DNA from: an uncultured Spirochaetota bacterium
GTDB lineage: Bacteria > Spirochaetota > Spirochaetia > SZUA-6 > Fen-1364
Reading direction: 5' to 3'
NCBI GenBank assembly: GCA_963820525.1
Contig: CAWGAA010000003.1
Coordinates: forward strand, 672,001 to 736,000
DNA length: 64,000 bases
The notes beneath the pieces were generated by a model, which ran no database searches, was not told where the DNA came from, and saw only the letters and a list, made by a program, of their open reading frames with translations. The position numbers were made by a program, and so were the translations under genes. Shown here piece after piece: positions 17,712 through 26,018 of the stretch. How positions within the stretch are numbered: position 1 is the first letter of the stretch; every line of letters starts with the position of its first letter.

Positions 17712-18567
17712 AAAGCCCCAGCGAGCAAACGAGTATAAGAGCGAGCAAGTTGAACTGGTAAGAGCAACCTGTTTATACATCGCGACCAAATTCGGCGATT
17801 TAATGGATGACGAGGTTGTGGTGATCGGTGGGCTGGTCCCATCATTGTTGATTGATTCAAAAGAACTCCCCGAGGGGATCTCCGCGCATGTTGGAACCAT
17901 GGATTTGGATGTGGGACTGAAACTCGCTGTTCTCGATGAGGGGCGGTACCGCACGCTGACCGGGCGATTGCGCGAAGCAGGCTTTGAGCAAGATCGCAAC
18001 GACGAGGGAAAGCCGACGCGACAGCGATGGCTGCTGAAAGAGCCTACCTCTGTGACTGTGGACTTTCTTATTCCACCCTCCTGCAAAACAGATCGAGGAG
18101 GGAGCCTTCGCAACATTGAAAAGGACTTTGCAGCCGTGATTGCGCCCGGGCTCGCACTGGCATTTCAAGACAGGCGTCAGGTTACTCTGGAAGGAGTGAC
18201 CATAATGGGCGAAAAAGCAAGCCGTAAGATATGGGTTTGTGGCCCGGGTGCATTTGTTATCCTGAAAGCTCTCTCCTTTCGAGAGCGCGGCGAGGGCAAG
18301 GACGCCTATGACTTGTACTACGTTGTGCGTAATTTTGGGCAGGGCGTTGAAGATGTGGCAGCGTCTTTTCGGCCGCTGCTTCAAGACAGTGACGCGATAC
18401 AGGCTGTTAAAATTCTGCGAGGGGACTTTCTTAATCTTGACGGGCTCGGCCCCCACCGCGTTGCTCAATTCTTGCTAGGTAAGCGGGATGATGCAGTTCA
18501 AGCTGATGTTGCAGGCTTTATTCGACAGTTGCTCAACAAATGCGATCTGTTAAGCAAGGGCCGATAG
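17704..18567 (+). CDS. AbiEii-like nucleotidyltransferase toxin
   Basis: VVIGGLVP, GTMDLD, VDFL, LKALSF.ER..GKDAYDLYY; overlaps upstream gene by 8 nt. Confidence 0.75.
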   Translation: MAKKPQRANEYKSEQVELVRATCLYIATKFGDLMDDEVVVIGGLVPSLLIDSKELPEGISAHVGTMDLDVGLKLAVLDEGRYRTLTGRLREAGFEQDRNDEGKPTRQRWLLKEPTSVTVDFLIPPSCKTDRGGSLRNIEKDFAAVIAPGLALAFQDRRQVTLEGVTIMGEKASRKIWVCGPGAFVILKALSFRERGEGKDAYDLYYVVRNFGQGVEDVAASFRPLLQDSDAIQAVKILRGDFLNLDGLGPHRVAQFLLGKRDDAVQADVAGFIRQLLNKCDLLSKGR

Positions 18568-18575
18568 CAGGACCG

Positions 18576-19055
18576 TCAGGCGCCGCCCTTGCTCTCCGCT
18601 TTCCTCCAGAGGAGGAAAGCGCCGGCCGAGGTGAGAAGAAGGCCGCACGCGGCAATCATCCGAGGGAGCACCAAGGGGTGGCTCACCCGCTCTCCCGCTG
18701 CTTCGACAACGAGCGCCGTTGCGTGGATATCCATGTCGCCGCCGTGCTCGCGGCAGCTCCTGTTGAAGATACCGCTCACCCGCACCCGGTCCCCCCTTTG
18801 GTAATACGATCCGAAGCTGCGGCCGGCGGTGAACAGGACGCGGGGGAGCCACACGCCGAGGGCACCGGCGCCGTCGCTCACGTTCACCCAGAGGTGATCC
18901 CCGCGCGGCATCGGGTCCCCAATAAGCTCGCCGCTGAACGTGAGAAGCTCTCCGTCGTGCGCTTTGGCGTTTTCGATCAGATCGGCGCTCGATGCCTGGG
19001 CAAAGAGCGGAATCGAGATAAAAGCACCGAACAGTATCAGAGCGCCGCGCCTCAC
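18576..19055 (-). CDS. Exported OB-fold-like protein with C-terminal TM anchor (Trk operon companion)
   Basis: GTG 19055 overlaps trkH TGA (GTGA), SD AGGAGG; signal peptide, GELIGD.M.RGD..WVNVSD, GDRVRVSG, CREHGGDMDIH, C-terminal TM. Confidence 0.75.
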   Translation of the reverse strand: MRRGALILFGAFISIPLFAQASSADLIENAKAHDGELLTFSGELIGDPMPRGDHLWVNVSDGAGALGVWLPRVLFTAGRSFGSYYQRGDRVRVSGIFNRSCREHGGDMDIHATALVVEAAGERVSHPLVLPRMIAACGLLLTSAGAFLLWRKAESKGGA

Positions 19056-20557
19056 GACTTCCTCCTGACTGTGGAGACGATGAAGCCGGCGAGCGCCAGG
19101 ACCGCCACGAACTCCAGCCTCCCCGCCCACATGCCGAAGATGTAGGTCGCCTTCATAACCGCGGGCATGGAAGGGGCCGTGACGCCGATGGAAAGCCCGA
19201 CGTTTCCCGCAACCGATGCGGACTCGAACGCCGCGCTGAGCAGGGGATAGCCGCAGAGGTTGCCCACGAGGGTATTGAGCGCGAAGAGGGCCATATACAT
19301 GATCACGATAAGCGCGGCGCTGCGCACCTGCGCCTCGCCGAGGGTCTGGTCCTTGAGGTAGTGGAAGCGCTGGACGAACACCGCGGATGCCGGCTTCAAG
19401 AGCCTGCGGGCTTCCTGCACAAGGGCGTTCCAGAGGATGCCGATGCGCAGGCCCTTGAACCCGCCCGCCGTCGAGCAGGCGCTCCCCCCGAAGAGCATCG
19501 CGAGGATCATGGCGAAAAGCGCCACGTCCCCCCATTCCGTCGCGAGCTGGCGCGCATAAACCGTCATGAAACCGGTGGTGGTGTGCCCCGAGACGAGCTG
19601 AAAGAAGCCCTTTCGAAACAGGGCCACCGCGCCAGGGTACACGCCGAGCTTGACGAGGCCGTAGCAGGCCACGACGGTGAGCACGATGAGGGTGGTGGAA
19701 AAGGAGACCGTCTCGATATTCCTGGCGATCTCTTTCCTGTTTCCCGTCCACACGGCATGGTGCAGCGCGAAGTTGAAGGAACCGATGACAAAGAACACGA
19801 GGCCCGTCACCTCGTAGAGAGCGCTGTGATAATAGAGGATATTCTGTGACATCGGGGCGAAGCCCCCCGTGCTCCATGCCGCCATGTAGACCCACAGGCC
19901 ATGGAGCAGGCCGGCTACGGGCGGAAGCCCGATCGCCATCCCGGCTGCCCAGAGAGCGGCGGTGCCGACGGCGAGGTACACGAGGCTTATCTTCCAGATG
20001 GCCCGCGCCGTGTGAAGCACGCTGGGGAAAAGCCGCTCGTCCTTGGCCTCGCCGACGTAGAGCTTGTATCCTCCCGCGGCATCCTTCACCAGGAAGCTCA
20101 GGGCGAGCACGATGACGCCCTGCCCTCCGATAAAGGTGAGCAGGTGACGCCACATGTTCACGCTTCGCGAGACGTGGTCGAGGTCCTGGATGAGCGTGAG
20201 GCCCGTGGTCGTGAAGCCGCTCATCACGTCGAACATGCAGTCGAGGTAGCCGCCGTAGTGGCCGCTCAGGCCGTACGGGATCGCCGCCATGGCCATGACG
20301 GCGAGCCAGGAGAATGCTGCGGTCACCATGCCGTGCATCCACGTGGGCCGCGCGCCTTTGGCTCCCAGGGCCGCAAGCCCGCAGCCAACGGTGAGCGCGG
20401 CGCCCAGGCCGATCGTGAAATCGAATGCCGCGGCCCACTCGCCGAACGCCAGCGCGGTGGCAAGCGGCACGAGCATCAGAAGGCCGACGCCGACTATGAC
20501 CTTCCCCGTGTACGAGAGGATGATCCTGAAATCATGCGCGCGCGGCGAAGATATCAT
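19052..20557 (-). CDS. trkH: TrkH-family K+ uptake membrane protein
   Basis: Pore-loop motifs SGFTTTG, STGGF, TTTGF, GNVGLS; GGSACSTAGGFK; MWAGRLE. Confidence 0.92.
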   Translation of the reverse strand: MISSPRAHDFRIILSYTGKVIVGVGLLMLVPLATALAFGEWAAAFDFTIGLGAALTVGCGLAALGAKGARPTWMHGMVTAAFSWLAVMAMAAIPYGLSGHYGGYLDCMFDVMSGFTTTGLTLIQDLDHVSRSVNMWRHLLTFIGGQGVIVLALSFLVKDAAGGYKLYVGEAKDERLFPSVLHTARAIWKISLVYLAVGTAALWAAGMAIGLPPVAGLLHGLWVYMAAWSTGGFAPMSQNILYYHSALYEVTGLVFFVIGSFNFALHHAVWTGNRKEIARNIETVSFSTTLIVLTVVACYGLVKLGVYPGAVALFRKGFFQLVSGHTTTGFMTVYARQLATEWGDVALFAMILAMLFGGSACSTAGGFKGLRIGILWNALVQEARRLLKPASAVFVQRFHYLKDQTLGEAQVRSAALIVIMYMALFALNTLVGNLCGYPLLSAAFESASVAGNVGLSIGVTAPSMPAVMKATYIFGMWAGRLEFVAVLALAGFIVSTVRRKS

Positions 20558-20560
20558 CTT

Positions 20561-20698
20561 TTACAGGAGTTCCAACAGGATGCAGACAAGCAAGCCGGCA
20601 AGGGCCAGGAGCAGCACGAAGCCCGCCTCAATAAGAATGCCCAGGCACATCCCGCCATCCCGCAGGCCGGAGCCGACGCTCTTCACGAGCCGCTTCAT
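20561..20698 (-). CDS. 45-aa single-TM protein inside the trk operon (not in ORF track)
   Basis: ATGA overlap with trkA stop; MKRLVKSVGSGLRDGGMCLGILIEAGFVLLLALAGLLVCILLELL*; stop is 3 nt before trkH ATG. Confidence 0.7.
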   Translation of the reverse strand: MKRLVKSVGSGLRDGGMCLGILIEAGFVLLLALAGLLVCILLELL

Positions 20699-21360
20699 CC
20701 CGACTCTCCCAGGAGGAGCTTCCTCAGGGGCTCCAGGGAAGCCCGCCGGGCCAGGGCGAAGATCCTGTCACCCGCCTCGATAACCGTTTTCCCGCGCGGG
20801 AAAAAGATCCTCCCGTCGTGGATCACGGTGATGAGCACGCATTCCTCGGGAAGGCTGAGCTGGGAAACGGCCACGCCGGCGACGGGGGAGTCTTCCTTCA
20901 CCTCGACTTCCGTTATCTCCGCGTCCCCCTGCTGAAAGATCGAGAAAAACCGCATCCCGGTGAGCGGGAGGGCGTTCTCGATCATCTGGGCCGCCAGGGC
21001 GGTCGTGCTTACCGTGGCGTCCACTCCAAGGAGCTTGAAAATAGATTGGTTGTTCGGGTTGCTCACGCGGGCGATGGTGTTGGGGGTCTTGAAATGCTTC
21101 TTGGCGAGCTGGCAGATGACGAGGTTCTCCTCGTCCCTGCCGGTGAGCGCCACCACGTAGCCCGCTTCCTGCGCCCCTGCGTCCCGGAGCGTCTCGATAT
21201 CTGTTCCGTCGCCGCTTGTCACGGTTATCTCGAGGTCTTCCGCCACGACGCGGCACCGGCTCTCGTCCTTTTCGACGATGCCCACGGAGTACCGGGAAGC
21301 GAGGAGGGTCTTGGCGAGGTAGTAACCGACATTGCCGCAGCCGACGATGAGGATGTACAT
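20695..21360 (-). CDS. trkA: TrkA/KtrA-family RCK subunit (RCK_N + RCK_C)
   Basis: IVGCGNVG, GDGTD, DEENL, IARV, RCK_C with P.G.T.IEAGD. Confidence 0.92.
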   Translation of the reverse strand: MYILIVGCGNVGYYLAKTLLASRYSVGIVEKDESRCRVVAEDLEITVTSGDGTDIETLRDAGAQEAGYVVALTGRDEENLVICQLAKKHFKTPNTIARVSNPNNQSIFKLLGVDATVSTTALAAQMIENALPLTGMRFFSIFQQGDAEITEVEVKEDSPVAGVAVSQLSLPEECVLITVIHDGRIFFPRGKTVIEAGDRIFALARRASLEPLRKLLLGESG

Positions 21361-21370
21361 GACGTGCGCC

Positions 21371-21979
21371 TCAGCCGCGGTGGTTTCTGAGAAGGATCAG
21401 AGTATCGTCTTTTTCGATTGGCCGTCCCTGATCGATATCCGGCGATCCATCGCGGCGGACAACTCCGACGAGCCTGCGTTCATCGCCAAGATCGATCTTT
21501 CCCGCCGGCCTGCCTACCCATTCCGGAAGCGGCCTGACTCCGACCAGGTCGGGGTCGATGTAGCCTGCCAGGGGCGCGAAGAGGTTTTTTTGAATGAGCC
21601 CGAGGATCTGGTTGATGCCCGTCGTTGTGGGGCATACCGTGCTCAATCCCATGCCCTTGTAGAACTTTTCCCTCTCGCCGTCCGACACGCGCGCAAGAAC
21701 CATGGGAACATGAAAGACTTCCTTTGCGATCTGGATGGCCATGATGTTGAGGTTATCGTCCGCCGTCGCCGCGACGAAAAGCTGGGCTTTTTCGATCCCC
21801 GCCTTCTTGAGAACGTCCTCGTCTATGGGGCTTCCGCTCACCGTCACGCCGTCGAAATCGTTTCCCAGGCGTTTGAGGTCGATGGATTCGGCCACCACGA
21901 CGACGTCCTTGCCCTGGGCGGAGAGAACCTTCGCGAGCCCCGCGCCGAGCCGGCCGCAGCCCGCCACGATAACGAACAT
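21371..21979 (-). CDS. trkA: Second TrkA/KtrA-family RCK subunit
   Basis: MFVIVAGCGRLG start at 21979; AGIEKA, DDNLNI, LARV, CPT. Confidence 0.88.
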   Translation of the reverse strand: MFVIVAGCGRLGAGLAKVLSAQGKDVVVVAESIDLKRLGNDFDGVTVSGSPIDEDVLKKAGIEKAQLFVAATADDNLNIMAIQIAKEVFHVPMVLARVSDGEREKFYKGMGLSTVCPTTTGINQILGLIQKNLFAPLAGYIDPDLVGVRPLPEWVGRPAGKIDLGDERRLVGVVRRDGSPDIDQGRPIEKDDTLILLRNHRG

Positions 21980-21985
21980 ATCTCC

Positions 21986-22066
21986 ATCATAGACGTGAGG
22001 CCCGGCGAAGAACCATTCGCGGGATGCTAATGTTTTACTCCGGGACGCTAGGAAAGCGCTAAAAAG
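21986..22066 (-). promoter_or_regulatory. trk promoter: -10 TATGAT plus triple GCTA box (candidate KdpE site)
   Basis: GCTA at 22026, 22047 and 22058; TATGAT at 21991-21986, 6 nt before ATG. Confidence 0.65.
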
Positions 22067-22190
22067 AGCGAGGGAGAGGCCACGGGACGTCGGTCGCAGC
22101 CGCAGGCTCAAGGAACGCCTTCGGGAGCGCGCTTCTCTTGCCCGGCCTCCCCTTCATCGAGTAGGTTAGACTGGTCGCGGGGAGGAAGGG

Positions 22191-23048
22191 ATGAACGTCA
22201 ACGGCAAGGTGGTCATGATCACGGGCGCGTCCAAGGGCATTGGCCGCGAGCTTGCCCGGATTCTCATCGGGCAGGGCGCGCGGGTGGCGCTCCTTGCCCG
22301 CAGCGCGAAAGCCCTGGAGGATCTCGCGGCGGAGCTTTCGATGGCGGGAGCCGAAGCGCCCAGGGCAATCCGCGCAACCTCCCCGCAGGCGGCTCTTGCC
22401 CTCGCCGCGGATGTTACCGATAGGCAGGCGGTCGAGAGGGCGGTGGGCAGGACGCTTTCCCACTTCAGCCGCCTCGATGTTCTAGTGAACTGCGCCGGGG
22501 TCGGATACTTCGGACCGGTCGAAAGCATGGACATGAAGGATTTCGATACGCTGGTGAAAACGAACCTCAACGGCCTGCTCAACGTCACGCAGGCCGCGCT
22601 CCCGGCGCTCAAGGAGTCCCATGGCATGATCGTGAACATTTCATCCGGGCTTGCCATGCGGGCTCTCCCATTCCTGGCCGCTTACTCCGGCACAAAGAGC
22701 ATGGTGAACGCCATTTCGGATGGGATGCGCCTCGAGCTCGCCCCCTACGGCGTCCGGGTTCTCACGTTCTGTCCGCCATCCACGGACACGGGCTTCGACA
22801 GGAACGCCATCAAGGGAGCTGGAATGGAGAAGGTCAGCCTCGAGGACCTGAAATCAGAGAAGGTGGAGAAGGTGGCCGCGGATATCGCGGCCGCCATCCG
22901 CTCCGAAAAGAGGCAGGCGGGCGGCGGCTTCTTCAGGGTCATGAACGCCCTTGCTCCGAAGCTCCTCGACCGCATGTTCTTGAATATGGCGACGCGCGTG
23001 GGGACCGAGGCCGGGATCTTCCCGCGGCAGGCCGCCAGCGGGCGGTAA
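22191..23048 (+). CDS. SDR family oxidoreductase
   Basis: TGASKGIG, NCAG, NISS, YSGTK. Confidence 0.92.
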   Translation: MNVNGKVVMITGASKGIGRELARILIGQGARVALLARSAKALEDLAAELSMAGAEAPRAIRATSPQAALALAADVTDRQAVERAVGRTLSHFSRLDVLVNCAGVGYFGPVESMDMKDFDTLVKTNLNGLLNVTQAALPALKESHGMIVNISSGLAMRALPFLAAYSGTKSMVNAISDGMRLELAPYGVRVLTFCPPSTDTGFDRNAIKGAGMEKVSLEDLKSEKVEKVAADIAAAIRSEKRQAGGGFFRVMNALAPKLLDRMFLNMATRVGTEAGIFPRQAASGR

Positions 23049-23108
23049 ACACGCCCGCGCGCAACAAAATCTTGCGCGCCCCCTCGGAGAGGATTACACT
23101 CCCCGTCT

Positions 23109-23774
23109 ATGAAGAGACTCACACTCGCCCTGCTTGCGCTTCTCTGCGTTTTCGCCGTTATCGCCTGCGGCACGACATCGCCCGCCACGGCCGCCTCGCC
23201 CGGCGCAACCCGGAAAGCTGCCGCCCCGACTGAAGTGAAGCTCATCGACAACTGCGAGGGCCAGGGTATCGGGGGAGAGTGGGCCGTGTACAGCGACGCA
23301 GAAAACGACGGCGGAAGCTCGACGTCAGAGCCCAAACCTTTTATGCTTCAAAACGACCCCAGCAATGGGGCCGACGGCACCAATGGGTACGCAAAGTGCT
23401 GGGGCACCGTGACAAAGCAGTATCAGTATGGATTCTCGGGGCTCACATACAATTTCACCAAGGACGAAAGCCCCATCGACATCAGCTCCTACACCGGCTA
23501 TATATTCTGGATGAAGGGCGACGGCGGGTTCTACAACTTCGCCATCAAGAGCCCCGTCAACAAGGATTTCGCCTACTATGAGTACGGCATCAAGATCTCC
23601 ACGGAGTGGAAGAGGTACATGATTCCCTTCACGAAGTTCTTCCAGGAGACATGGGGCCAGACGAAGTCTCCGGAGGAATGCCTTGCGGCCTCCAGCGGCT
23701 TCCAGATCCAGACCGTGGGCCAGCCGATCAGCCATTTCGAGTTCTCCATAGACGAGGTATCCCTCTACAAGTGA
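23109..23774 (+). CDS. Lipoprotein with CIA30/CBM11-like carbohydrate-binding domain
   Basis: Lipobox FAVIAC, Ala/Thr/Pro linker, W..YSD...GG.S, DISSYTG..FWMKGDG, EWKRY.IPF..F.Q..WG, IDEV. Confidence 0.75.
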   Translation: MKRLTLALLALLCVFAVIACGTTSPATAASPGATRKAAAPTEVKLIDNCEGQGIGGEWAVYSDAENDGGSSTSEPKPFMLQNDPSNGADGTNGYAKCWGTVTKQYQYGFSGLTYNFTKDESPIDISSYTGYIFWMKGDGGFYNFAIKSPVNKDFAYYEYGIKISTEWKRYMIPFTKFFQETWGQTKSPEECLAASSGFQIQTVGQPISHFEFSIDEVSLYK

Positions 23775-23865
23775 GGCGGTCCGAGAGGCCGCATAAATCA
23801 GCGGCTGAAGACCGCCGTCTCCGGCATTTGACTTCTCCAACAGGAATGAAGACGTTTTTCTTAAC

Positions 23866-25880
23866 ATGAGAAGAACACGCTTTTACTCACTCATTGCCGG
23901 GCTGACGGCCCTGCTGATCGTCGCAAGCGGCACTCCCGCAAGGGCGGCCGCCGGCGGTGAAACGGGCCCGACCGCGGCGGCCGGGGCGAATGGGCAGGCG
24001 CCGGAGTTTCCCACCGGTCTCGACTGGCTGAATACCGCCAGGCCGCTCACGATATCCGAGCTTCGCGGCAAGATAGTCCTCCTGGACTTCTGGACGTACG
24101 GCTGCATCAACTGCATCCATATAATTCCTGACCTCGAACGCCTGGAAAAGGAGTACCCGACGCAGCTTGTCATTATCGGGGTCCATTCGGCCAAATATTC
24201 CAACGAAGCGCTCACCGCCAACATCCGCGAGGTCATTCTGCGCTATGGGATCACGCACCCCGTGGTGAACGACAATGGCTACAAGATCTGGGACCTCTAC
24301 GGAGCCGAGGCATGGCCCACCCTTGTGCTGGTGGACCCGACCGGCAAGATTGTCAACAGCATGGCCGGTGAAGGAGTGTATGCGGCGTTCAAGCCCGCCA
24401 TCCAGTCCCTGGCCGACAGCTTCGCGAAGCGAAATCTCCTGAACCTCACCCCCCTCGCTGCGCTGGAGAAGCGCGAGGTGGCCCCCGACACGATCCTCGC
24501 CTTCCCCGGCAAGGTCGAATACGACGCGAAAAGCGACAGGGTCTTCATAGCGGACAGCAGCCACAACAGGATCGTGATCGCGAAAGCGGCGAGCGGGGAG
24601 ATCCTCGACATCGCCGGCGGCACCGATGCCGGGTTCAGTGACGGCAGCTTTGCCGACGCCCGCTTCAACTATCCCCAGGGCATGGCGCTCGCCGCGGACG
24701 GGAATACGCTCTACGTCGCGGATACGGACAACCATGCAATCAGAAAACTCGATCTTTCAGCGCGCACCGTAGTCACCTTCGACGGAACCGGCAAACAGGC
24801 CTCGGCGTATCCGCCGGCGCCCGGACGCGCCCCCTCTACGGCCTTGAGCTCCCCTGGGACCTTGCCCTGAGCGGAAGCACTCTCTTCATCGCAATGGCCG
24901 GCTCGCATCAGATCTGGACCGCGGACCTCAAGGATGGCTCCCTGCGCCGGCTTGCCGGAAGCGGCGCCGAAGGGACGCGGGATGGGGACGCCCAGACCGC
25001 TTCCCTCGCCCAACCCAGCGGGCTCTCCTGGGATGGGAAAGGCCGCCTGTATTTCGCGAACACCGAAGGCAACGCCGTTCGGTGGGTTGAGAACGGCGCT
25101 GCGGGATGGCAGGTGAGGGCCCTGGCCGGAAGCACCGGCAACCTCTTCGACTTCGGCGACAAGGACGGGGTGGGAACTGCCGCGCGCTTCCAGCATCCTC
25201 TGGGTGTCGTCGTGGTTGGAGATTCCCTCTTCGTGGCAGACGCCTACAACAGCAAAATAAAGAACGTCGACATCCGCACGGGACAGGTGGTCACGGTGGC
25301 GGGCAAGAGCAGCGGGTGGAAGGACGGCACCGATCCCCTGTTCGACGAGCCGGGCGGGATCAGCGCCGGACCGGGAGGGATGCTCCTGGTGGCGGACACC
25401 AACAACGACGCGATCCGCATCCTGGACCCCGCGCGGAATTCCTCGAAAACCCTGGTTCTCAAGGGAATAGAAAAGTTCGCCTTCTCCAAGGAGCAGGCAC
25501 CGGGCGTGAAGACTCTCAAGCAGCAGCTCACGCTCGCCCCGGGGAAGGACGTGATCCGCCTCACCATCACCGTGCCCCAGGGCTATGAGGTGAATCCCCA
25601 GGCCCCCTTTGCGATGCAGTGGTCCGCGGACGGGGGTACGCTTCGCCTGCCCGCCGACGCGAGCCGCTCCATCACCAATCCCGCCTTCCCGCTGGAGATC
25701 CCCGTGACCGCCGACGAGGGCACGGGCACTCTCACCGGCGATCTTTCCATTGTCTATTGCCGCGTGGACGAGGAAGGTGTCTGCATGCTGGACAGGGTGC
25801 GGATAGACCTTCCCTACACGGTGGGCCGGGGCGGACAGAGCTCGGCCGCGATCTCTTACGCCGTGGAGCTTCCCAAGTAG
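23866..25880 (+). CDS. Exported thioredoxin-like + NHL-repeat protein (NHLRC2/SOQ1-like), split by a frameshift at ~24852
   Basis: LLDFWTYGCINC, GVHSAK, NHL repeats; one added C in CCCC restores SSPWDLALSG...AMAGSHQIW and joins ORFs 23866..24870 and 24894..25880. Confidence 0.85.
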
Positions 25881-26018
25881 CGGCCTGGCGGACAGGCCGA
25901 TGGATCACCACGAGCGCAGGCCCGCGCTTCTGTGCCAGATTCACCGACACGAGCGCGCCCCACGCTCGCGTCTCCCGTATGGATAACTGCATAATTTTCC
26001 GGTAGAATTCTCATTGAT

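Noticed and set aside
16520..18570. Self-mobile element (IS, integron or prophage) around the AbiE pair
   Set aside because: No transposase or integrase, tRNA target, terminal IRs or target-site duplication found
18576..20438. 620-aa minus-strand ORF
   Set aside because: Most of it is an Arg/Pro-rich alternative frame of trkH; only 18576..19055 looks like a real gene
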